From an uncultured delta proteobacterium (GTDB lineage: Bacteria; Bdellovibrionota; FAC87; UBA2466), in contig CAVZSV010000005.1 in assembly GCA_963778115.1 (NCBI GenBank), positions 448,001 through 512,000 on the forward strand: a stretch of DNA of 64,000 nucleotides, written 5' to 3'. Below are positions 1 to 7,419 of the stretch, piece after piece. Below the pieces are notes generated by a model. That model was not told the origin of the DNA, made no database searches, and was given only the letters and a program-made list of their open reading frames with translations. Both the position numbers and the translations under genes were made by a program. The number at the start of each line of letters is the position of its first letter. Positions within the stretch are counted from its first letter, which is position 1.

Positions 1-1338
1 GGCCCCGGAAATAACGGAGGAGATGCCCTTGCCGTCGCACGCCAACTCTATCTCAAAGGGCTTCGTCGATTTTCGATTGTCCTTTTAGCCGAGGAATCAA
101 AACTCTCTTCTTCCTGTCAAAAACAGCTTTCGCTAGTTAAAGCGTTGGGGATGGTGTTTAGAAACGACATCGGTGATTTTCCGACTAACCTTGAATGGGT
201 GGTAGATGGAATTTTTGGAACCGGTCTGACTAGGCCCTTAGAAGCAATCTATGACAGGACAGTCAAAGCCGTTAATCAGTTCGGTAAAGCGTGGGTCGTT
301 AGCATTGATATTCCAAGCGGTTTGTCGTCGGATACCGGTAACGTCTTGGGAGACTGTGTAAAAGCAAGCCATACCGTAGCCCTGGGATTTTTTAAGAAGG
401 GACTTGTGACAGGTAATGCCGCCGATTATGTGGGCCTGCTCACGCTCGAACCGCTTCAAATTCCAAGACAGATCCCAGGATTTTTTCCGCAAGCCTTTTG
501 GTATGAAGCGAATGACGCTAAAGCCGATCTCCCTACGCGAAGGGCAACGAGCCATAAGGGAGATTTTGGCCATGTCTTTGTCTGGGCTGGAACGCCTCAA
601 ACGCAGGGTGCCGCTTGCCTTTGCTCGTTAGCCGCATTGAGGGCGGGTTCGGGGCTTGTTACCGTCGTGGGCGAAAGTACTACCCTGGCTACCGTGAGAT
701 CGCGGCTTGCCCCAGAAATAATGACGCACGTTTTTGAAAAAGGACTCTTCTCCAAGAAAGGCGTCGCTTGCATCGGTCCGGGATTTGGAACCGAAGCGTC
801 TAGCTGGAATGTTCTTTGCGAAGTGCTTAACTCCCCGTGGCCGATCGTGATTGATGCTGACGGAATTACGCTTTTGAGCCAACATGAGAAAGAGGCCAAA
901 GCCCTTCTTAGAAAAAGGGCCCCCAGTACGACATGGCTAACGCCTCATCCGAAAGAAGCCGCCCGTCTGCTAAACAAAACGGTCGAATCGATTCAAGCCG
1001 ATAGATTTGAAAGCGTCGACCGATTAGCTAAAGAGTGGTCGGTCGCGATTTTGCTCAAAGGGAAGGGAACCCTTTCGCTTTCACCGGGAGAACTTCCTAT
1101 CGTTACCACGACGGGCAATAGCAGTCTTTCCAAAGGAGGATCGGGAGACGTCCTGGCTGGAATTCTGGCTTCATTAATCGGACAAGGAGTAGCAAGCGAG
1201 AAGGTTTTAAGTTTAGCGGCCTGGGTTCACGGAAGGACCGCGGAACTAATGTCACAAAGGGAAGGGACGCAAAGGGCTATCTTGGCAAGTGAGATAGCGC
1301 AGAATTTGCCTCACGTATGGAAAGAACTAGAGTCATAA
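1..1338 (+). CDS. nnr: Bifunctional NAD(P)H-hydrate epimerase/dehydratase (YjeF/Nnr), 5'-truncated by the window
   Basis: Frame is open from base 1 (GPGNNGGDALAVAR epimerase motif). Also DGIFGTG, SIDIPSG, HKGDFG, TPHPKEAARL and KGGSGDVLAG motifs. Adjacent to tsaE. Confidence 0.95.
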   Translation, partial: GPGNNGGDALAVARQLYLKGLRRFSIVLLAEESKLSSSCQKQLSLVKALGMVFRNDIGDFPTNLEWVVDGIFGTGLTRPLEAIYDRTVKAVNQFGKAWVVSIDIPSGLSSDTGNVLGDCVKASHTVALGFFKKGLVTGNAADYVGLLTLEPLQIPRQIPGFFPQAFWYEANDAKADLPTRRATSHKGDFGHVFVWAGTPQTQGAACLCSLAALRAGSGLVTVVGESTTLATVRSRLAPEIMTHVFEKGLFSKKGVACIGPGFGTEASSWNVLCEVLNSPWPIVIDADGITLLSQHEKEAKALLRKRAPSTTWLTPHPKEAARLLNKTVESIQADRFESVDRLAKEWSVAILLKGKGTLSLSPGELPIVTTTGNSSLSKGGSGDVLAGILASLIGQGVASEKVLSLAAWVHGRTAELMSQREGTQRAILASEIAQNLPHVWKELES

Positions 1339-1781
1339 CGGTAGAATCCATTGCCGAACTTTCTAAAGTTGCTCTTGAGCTCCGTAACGCCTTTCCGCTG
1401 GGAGCGGTCATCGGATTGAGCGGCGAGTTGGGAGCGGGAAAGACGACACTGGTGCGCGCCATCGTGGAACACGTCTGCCAAGAAAATAAGATAGCAGCCC
1501 CGCGAGTGACCAGCCCTTCGTTTGTGATTCATCAAACCTACGCAAAACTAAAACCTCCGGTAGAACATTATGACCTTTACCGGATGGACACGGCATCGAC
1601 CGAGCAACTCTTTGATATCGGCTATTTTGAAACCTTAGAGCGTACGATTCAAAACCGCGGCTTTCTTTTCGTGGAGTGGCCCGAGCGGGTGAGCGATGCT
1701 GCGATCTTAAGGTTAAACGCGTGGATGAAAATCGACCTATCGGGCCCGACGCAAAGGGTGTTTCACTGGTGGAAGGTGTAG
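1317..1781 (+). CDS. tsaE: tRNA threonylcarbamoyladenosine biosynthesis ATPase TsaE
   Basis: GELGAGKTT Walker A, VTSPSF, HYDLYR and VEWPE motifs; usual nnr-tsaE synteny. Confidence 0.95.
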   Translation: MERTRVITVESIAELSKVALELRNAFPLGAVIGLSGELGAGKTTLVRAIVEHVCQENKIAAPRVTSPSFVIHQTYAKLKPPVEHYDLYRMDTASTEQLFDIGYFETLERTIQNRGFLFVEWPERVSDAAILRLNAWMKIDLSGPTQRVFHWWKV

Positions 1782-2121
1782 GCTCCTACCAATTCATCTT
1801 ATTTGTCATTGGGAAAAGTCACACGCCGACGCGGCAACCGGTAACCCAAACCAGTTTGCCATATTTCCTCCTGCCCCAAAACTATGGTAGAAACCTCCGA
1901 CTCTCGCAGGTGTCATTGTTTACGCGGAAGCTAACGTTACGCGGGGATCCTCGTTGCCCTTTTATCCCAGCCCATTCACCCCCATTTCATGTCCAGCGCT
2001 GGTTAGCGCACTGGCCAGTCGCACCCCTTTTTAGCCTTTACGAAATCGAAAACGATCCTTCGGTCAGGCAATCTATCGAAGAGATCTTGGAACGGTCTGG
2101 GGTCAGAAGTTTTTTCCGCGA

Positions 2122-2161
2122 ATAAAAAAAATCCCCGTAGCAACGTAGCGTTACCACGGGG
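2122..2161 (-). terminator. Rho-independent terminator of the coiled-coil protein gene
   Basis: Minus-strand RNA CCCCGUGGUAACG-CUA-CGUUGCUACGGGG forms a 13-bp stem with two G-U pairs, followed by a U-run, ~25 nt after the stop at 2186. Confidence 0.85.
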
Positions 2162-2185
2162 AGCTAGCCATCCCGCTCTAGTTAT

Positions 2186-4357
2186 CTAGAGGTGGGGGTG
2201 CCAGCTCGGATGAGGGATGCTGGGCACTGATGGCAGAGAAGGCAGATTCGGATGCGGTAAGCTGGGTAGACTCGGGTGAGGAATCTGCGGCAGCGGCAAA
2301 TTAGGTAGACTGGGCAGTTGGGGTAAGTGCGATAGCTCGTATTGGAGTTGGCCTATCACCGCATTCCAGTGGTTTATCGTCGAATTCAGACTCGAGATCG
2401 TGGAATTAAACCCATCCCGCTGCTGGGAATAGGTACTTACGATCCCAGCCCAATGATCGACGGTACTTGCGATCGATTGGTAGGAGTTGGTTAGATTCGT
2501 CACTTGCGTCTGCATCTGTTGATAGCTCTGGTAAAGCGAGTTCACATTCGCTTCAAATTGATGTAGCTGGGCCAAGCTTTGGTTTAACACTTGGCTCGCA
2601 TGATCCAATTCCGCTTGAGCGTTGGGTATCAAGCCTTGGACATGTTGGTATTCTGACTGCGCTTCATTGACTCCGTTGCGAACGACTTGGCTCATCAAGT
2701 CGGTCGGGTCGATATGGTTACTCATATGCTGGGAATCGAACCATTGATTGATAGCATCTGCGGCCTCTCCCAACGTTCCCCAGCTGTGTTGGTGAATCAA
2801 TCTTACCGATGCACTTAGGGTCATCCGAGAAAGATCGATCTCAAGTTTGTCGACTTTGGCACTTCTTTCGTTTCCTTGAGCCAAGGGGCGAAGAAGATTT
2901 GCCAGATTTACAGCCACCTGAGTATTCGTGAGATCAATGATCGGGTTGCCCTGTTGGAACTGTGTGGCCAATACTTGAGAGGAGATTCCCAGTTGATTGA
3001 ATAATCCGCTCGAAACGGCCTGGCTCACCAGTCGGCTCGACATTGTCCCGATATCCATATTGGTAAAGTACTGAGCCGCTTTAGCCGATCCTCCCGCCAG
3101 TAAATGGGCCACCGCTTTGGTGAACAAAGCCTGAACATCACCGCTCACATCCGTCAGATGGTCGAAAGCGTTCATGGCATCTTGATATTGAGTCGCGCCC
3201 ACGTTAGCACCATCAATGCTAAGACCGAAGGCCAAGTGGCTAGACGGAAAGGTCGCCGAGGGGGAAGCGATTTTCAAATTGGGAAACAGTTCAGTGGGAA
3301 GATTGGTCTCCCAACTCGAAGAGGCGGAGTAGGTGCAACTGACCCCTTCCGCCTGGGCGGTGATTTGGATAGCGGAACTTGAGGGGCAGGGCTCTCCAAG
3401 CATTGCCGACAGCGCACACGTCGCGGCGTTCTCGATGTCGGTTTCGCCGGTCTGCAACAACCAGGAGTAAAGATCGTTGAACTCGAGTAGCACTTGATCT
3501 TGAACTTCTTTGATAGTCTGATCGGTAGAGGAGCCGTCGGTGATGATGGCTAGCGCGATTTGGTGTGCCGCCGTTTCCGCACTTGCCCAATCGGTGAAGC
3601 GTTCCGAAGAGAAGAAGTTCTGCCCTCCCGCATGGGAAGCAAAGTATTGAGCCCTGGCATTGGTGTAATTCGTCTGGTGACTCAGTTGCAATCCGGTAGC
3701 CGAAGACACCATGAATTGAACGGGATTGATATCGGGGATAGCGAAAACGCCCGACATCCAATCTTGGATTTTCTCGTTATCAAGGGTGAGCCCGCTCCCC
3801 AAGTCGATCTTTCCGTAGAAACTTCCGGTTTCGAAGTTAAACGTCATCTCGCCTTGAGTCGTTAGCGAATAGGCAAGGATCTTGGTATTAAGCGCATTAT
3901 TAAGGGCCGTATGATAGTCGGCCGTTAATGCTGAAACCTCGTTATCGAGATTCTGTCTTGCTGCCGTTAATTGATTTACAGCACCCTGATAGCTCTGGAC
4001 TTTCTGGGTCCATGACGTCACGGCCTGCTGAGCCTGCTGGTATTGGCTCGCGATATTGGATAAAGCGCCCTTGGCACTATTTAGTTGATTGCCAACGCTA
4101 GAGAGTTGGTTTTGGTATCCCGCCAACGTGGATTGGGCCGATGCTAATTCATTTTCCACCGTATGAAGATTTGCGACGGCGGTATTGAGCTGGCTAGTGG
4201 CAGCATCACGCGCGTGAACCGCGTTATTGATTTCATTTTCTAGGTCTGTGATCGGATTGGCCGAAAGGGCCTGGCTGACGAAGGCAACGACCGCAAAGAG
4301 GGCGGCAAAGAGGGTTGGGGAAAATACGTTTCTTTTTTTGGTATCGGTATCATCCAT
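2186..4357 (-). CDS. Secreted hypothetical protein with N- and C-terminal coiled coils and a Pro/Leu/His-rich tail (~723 aa)
   Basis: AAGGAG RBS before the ATG at 4357; signal peptide (LFAALFAVVAFVSQALSA); heptad-rich Q/N/S/A segments; LPSLPHP repeats at the C-terminus. Confidence 0.8.
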   Translation of the reverse strand: MDDTDTKKRNVFSPTLFAALFAVVAFVSQALSANPITDLENEINNAVHARDAATSQLNTAVANLHTVENELASAQSTLAGYQNQLSSVGNQLNSAKGALSNIASQYQQAQQAVTSWTQKVQSYQGAVNQLTAARQNLDNEVSALTADYHTALNNALNTKILAYSLTTQGEMTFNFETGSFYGKIDLGSGLTLDNEKIQDWMSGVFAIPDINPVQFMVSSATGLQLSHQTNYTNARAQYFASHAGGQNFFSSERFTDWASAETAAHQIALAIITDGSSTDQTIKEVQDQVLLEFNDLYSWLLQTGETDIENAATCALSAMLGEPCPSSSAIQITAQAEGVSCTYSASSSWETNLPTELFPNLKIASPSATFPSSHLAFGLSIDGANVGATQYQDAMNAFDHLTDVSGDVQALFTKAVAHLLAGGSAKAAQYFTNMDIGTMSSRLVSQAVSSGLFNQLGISSQVLATQFQQGNPIIDLTNTQVAVNLANLLRPLAQGNERSAKVDKLEIDLSRMTLSASVRLIHQHSWGTLGEAADAINQWFDSQHMSNHIDPTDLMSQVVRNGVNEAQSEYQHVQGLIPNAQAELDHASQVLNQSLAQLHQFEANVNSLYQSYQQMQTQVTNLTNSYQSIASTVDHWAGIVSTYSQQRDGFNSTISSLNSTINHWNAVIGQLQYELSHLPQLPSLPNLPLPQIPHPSLPSLPHPNLPSLPSVPSIPHPSWHPHL

Positions 4358-4394
4358 TTCATTTCTCCTTGTGAATCTCACGGTACTTTCGATT

Positions 4395-4410
4395 TGCAAG
4401 GCCAGTGCCG
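4395..4410 (-). promoter_or_regulatory. Sigma54 -24/-12 promoter
   Basis: Minus strand CGGCAC-TGGCC-TTGCA, GG-N10-GC spacing, ~40 nt upstream of the ATG at 4357. Confidence 0.75.
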
Positions 4411-4481
4411 AAAAAACGGCATGAAATCCGGACAAAAACAAGGATTACGCAGAGATAACGATTATGGTGGATGGATAACCG

Positions 4482-4591
4482 GCCATCCTCTGACCGGATG
4501 GCGGCCAGGCAATGGCCATCCGTCTCACTGGCTCCTCGCCATGACAAACGTTTTGGCCATCATGGCGAGGAGCGAAGCGACTGAGCCATCT
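4482..4591. repeat. REP/RPE-like palindromic element
   Basis: Perfect 14-bp inverted repeat GCTCCTCGCCATGA (4531-4544) / TCATGGCGAGGAGC (4560-4573), continuing GAAGCGACTGAGCCATC; extra GCCATCC/GGATGGC hairpin; intergenic. Confidence 0.6.
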
Positions 4592-4633
4592 TGGTGCAAG
4601 AGGATGAGTGTCGTGCCGGTAAGCCCTGGCAGG

Positions 4634-6430
4634 CTACTGGCCTTGGTTGTTGTAATAGGAGTTGAATAAATCACACTGAACGCCGTGGTAGTTGTTTCCA
4701 GTAGCAGGTATTTCACTGAGGTTTAAATAGGGATCGGTCGAAACCTGGTAGGTTGGCCAATTCGCAAAGGCCGATTGGCCAACCCCTCCCACATTGGGAT
4801 TTCGAGTATAAGCAAAATTTCCCCAATAGCGTAACGCAGCCGCCTGAGTCGCCATGTCCGAGGGTAAAGGATCTAAAGTCATGCCCGCAGGCAGACTAAT
4901 CCCTTCGGCAGTTCCCCCGTTATTAAAGAAAGTAACTAGATTCTGTACGTTCTGAAAAACGTAGATTAACTCCTCTCCATGAAAAGCCTTTACGATATTA
5001 GGGCTGTCGCCTGCGAGCTTAAACAATTCTTGATACCCCTTAAATAGCGGTTGCGTAAAAACATACCGGTAAGCGGGTCCACTCAATGACAAGCCTCGAG
5101 CTACATTTCGAGTAGAAGTTGAAAAGTGGAAGTCGGTAAGAAAAGCTCCAATGGCTTGGGACACACAACTGTAACTACTGTCTTGATTGGTTTCCGCACA
5201 ATCGTAGAACTCGGGATTATAGTAAACCGAGTAAAGCGTCTGAGCTGTCAAAGGTTGTGAGGGGTATATGCCTTCCACGGCTTGCTCGTATTGGGCAGCA
5301 GTATCATCGGCCATCGAAGGCTCGGCACCGGCATATTCTCCCGAGTTATTACCAATCAAAACCGGGACCGGGTTAAAGTTCTTGCTTTTCAACGCTTGAA
5401 TGGGAGCCGCCTTCAAGAAATAACCGTCTACGACTGGTTCCCATGCTACCGTCTCCATCACGGCCAGAGGATCCGTGGGAGGATTAGCAATTAAACTACT
5501 GGGGGGGACCACGGTTGTTACGGCAGGGAGATTTCTTAAGCACTGAAGCGATTGCGCTTGAGAGGCACTAGAGGTGTCCGCGGCAATACAATCGGAGAAC
5601 ATGTTGGTATAAGCCGTTCCAAACTGGTTTGCCGACTGCTGGCTTATGGTATTGAAGTCGCCACTTTCGACGATAGCTCCGGAAAAAAGTCCCTGGGCTA
5701 AAGGCGATTCTACTTGTTCAAGAACACTTCCACCGCCGGCCGACTGGCCGAAAATAGTGACCCGTTTAGTATCCCCGCCAAATTTTGCGATATTCGTGTG
5801 GACCCATTGTAACGCCATCACTTGATCTAGCATCCCGTAATTTCCGGCACCGGGCCCTTCGGCTTGAAGGGCTGGAAGAGAGAGAAATCCTAGTGCTCCT
5901 AAACGATAGTTTAGGGTGACGACGATGACGTTAGCGTTCTGAGAAAGATTTTGTCCGTTATAGAGGTCAAAGGTACCCGTTGCCTGATCTCCACTAGAGT
6001 CTCCTGCAATGAAAGCACCTCCGTGGATGAAGACCATAACCGGAAGTGGAGAGGAGTTAGAACGATTATGCGGCGTCCAAACGTTAAGATAAAGACAGTC
6101 CTCACTTTGGCCGGCGCCTGAGTTCAACGCGTACCCGTTTACTTCGGATACCTGAAGACAAGACGAAGCATAGCTCGTGCCCACATCGTAAATTCCGGTG
6201 GAACCAAAATAGTTGAGCGGCATGGGCTGGGGTGCGGTCCATCGAAGCGATCCCACGGGAGGTACCGCAAACGGAATGGCCTTAAAAACGTCGGTGGTTC
6301 CTGAGGTAATTCCGCGGATGATTTTAGGAGGGGTTGTCGATTTGTCCATGGTAACCGTAGGACCGCCAGATTGTGCAAAAGCGGCGGAAGCCAACATGAA
6401 AATCGAAACGAACGAGAGCCACACCTTCAT
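4634..6430 (-). CDS. Secreted type-B carboxylesterase/lipase (COesterase family)
   Basis: Signal peptide; SEDCLYLNVW, HGGAF oxyanion hole, NYRLG, GQSAG nucleophile, FHGEE catalytic His. Confidence 0.95.
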   Translation of the reverse strand: MKVWLSFVSIFMLASAAFAQSGGPTVTMDKSTTPPKIIRGITSGTTDVFKAIPFAVPPVGSLRWTAPQPMPLNYFGSTGIYDVGTSYASSCLQVSEVNGYALNSGAGQSEDCLYLNVWTPHNRSNSSPLPVMVFIHGGAFIAGDSSGDQATGTFDLYNGQNLSQNANVIVVTLNYRLGALGFLSLPALQAEGPGAGNYGMLDQVMALQWVHTNIAKFGGDTKRVTIFGQSAGGGSVLEQVESPLAQGLFSGAIVESGDFNTISQQSANQFGTAYTNMFSDCIAADTSSASQAQSLQCLRNLPAVTTVVPPSSLIANPPTDPLAVMETVAWEPVVDGYFLKAAPIQALKSKNFNPVPVLIGNNSGEYAGAEPSMADDTAAQYEQAVEGIYPSQPLTAQTLYSVYYNPEFYDCAETNQDSSYSCVSQAIGAFLTDFHFSTSTRNVARGLSLSGPAYRYVFTQPLFKGYQELFKLAGDSPNIVKAFHGEELIYVFQNVQNLVTFFNNGGTAEGISLPAGMTLDPLPSDMATQAAALRYWGNFAYTRNPNVGGVGQSAFANWPTYQVSTDPYLNLSEIPATGNNYHGVQCDLFNSYYNNQGQ

Positions 6431-6457
6431 AAACCCTCCTGTGTGAGGAAGGTAGTT

Positions 6458-6473
6458 TGCAGAAGGGGTGCCA
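6458..6473 (-). promoter_or_regulatory. Sigma54 -24/-12 promoter
   Basis: Minus strand TGGCAC-CCCTT-CTGCA, GG-N10-GC, upstream of the AGGAGG RBS of the esterase. Confidence 0.7.
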
Positions 6474-6822
6474 TCCGGCGTTTCACAAAAAGGCTAAACA
6501 AAACACGCCATGCGATCACAATAACGCTTGTCCAAGACTGTGAATCCGATGTGCACAATAAAGAGGCCCCAGGTAAGTCCATTCCCACAATGCGTTAACG
6601 GGGTGTCAGAAGGCTAAACAGCCTATGAAAAGACGAAAAACACACGCCGAAACCACTCAAACCGATGAACCTATATGAATATTCTGGCAGGTCAGTTTCG
6701 AAGCCTGGCATGGCGTCGAGCGCGAGAGTGATGCGCAAGGCGTCATGCTTTAGTCCTGATCCTGTGTCGTATAATAGCTATTATGTTAAAAATGGTAGCG
6801 GGAGGGGCTGGCTAAACTAGGC

Positions 6823-7359
6823 CTACGAACAGCTTCCGGCGGCATGTTTATCGGTAAAAAATCGAAGCGCCATCTTGTCGGTATTTTGAGTGGCTTGTAA
6901 CGAATTTCCGGTCATTCTTAAAGCTTGTAGTACGGGTGCCCCGGCGCACTTTCCATGATCGTTTTCGCAGACCGATACCGATAACACGATATTTTTCCAA
7001 TCGGTTCCGACAAAGGCTTTGACCGCTTTGAGATCAATCGTAAATTTCGCGATCGTTCCGGGCCCCAATAATGCCGTTCTAGGAACCACCACAAATTTTT
7101 CGTAGGCCTTGGAACCCTTGTCGTCGCTCATGATACTAGCGGCACGCACTTCGAACAGAAACTGACTTCCGTTTAGCTTAGATGACAAACAGCCGCCATC
7201 CAGGCCTATCTCCATGTCCGAGCTCTCAGTCGACGCTCCGGAGCGTGTGGGCTCATTATTTTGCGCGGCGTGCCGTATGGGGAAGTGCTGGTAAAGAATG
7301 CCGCAAAGCACAATGCCCGCAGTCATTATCACAGCAAACGCGAATCGATTATTGGACAT
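6823..7359 (-). CDS. Membrane-anchored or exported hypothetical protein, paralogous to the middle domain of the upstream lipoprotein
   Basis: N-terminal hydrophobic helix. FTIDLKAVKAFVGTDWKNIVLSVSVCENDHGKC aligns with FSMSISALKTQFGSAWNNMMLNVRVCDDTNQNGKC. Confidence 0.75.
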   Translation of the reverse strand: MSNNRFAFAVIMTAGIVLCGILYQHFPIRHAAQNNEPTRSGASTESSDMEIGLDGGCLSSKLNGSQFLFEVRAASIMSDDKGSKAYEKFVVVPRTALLGPGTIAKFTIDLKAVKAFVGTDWKNIVLSVSVCENDHGKCAGAPVLQALRMTGNSLQATQNTDKMALRFFTDKHAAGSCS

Positions 7360-7419
7360 GAGTTACGCTCCGAGGTCAGGGATCAATTTTACCCACGGAT
7401 CCCTGACCTCACGCAAGTG

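Noticed and set aside
1676..2125. 149-aa ORF after tsaE
   Set aside because: It overlaps tsaE out of frame and is not protein-like, apart from the short REC-like tail listed under findings.
6491..6817. Repeated GGCTAAAC (6492, 6612, 6810) as an activator binding site for the esterase promoter
   Set aside because: Short and irregularly spaced; cannot be told from chance without a genome-wide test.
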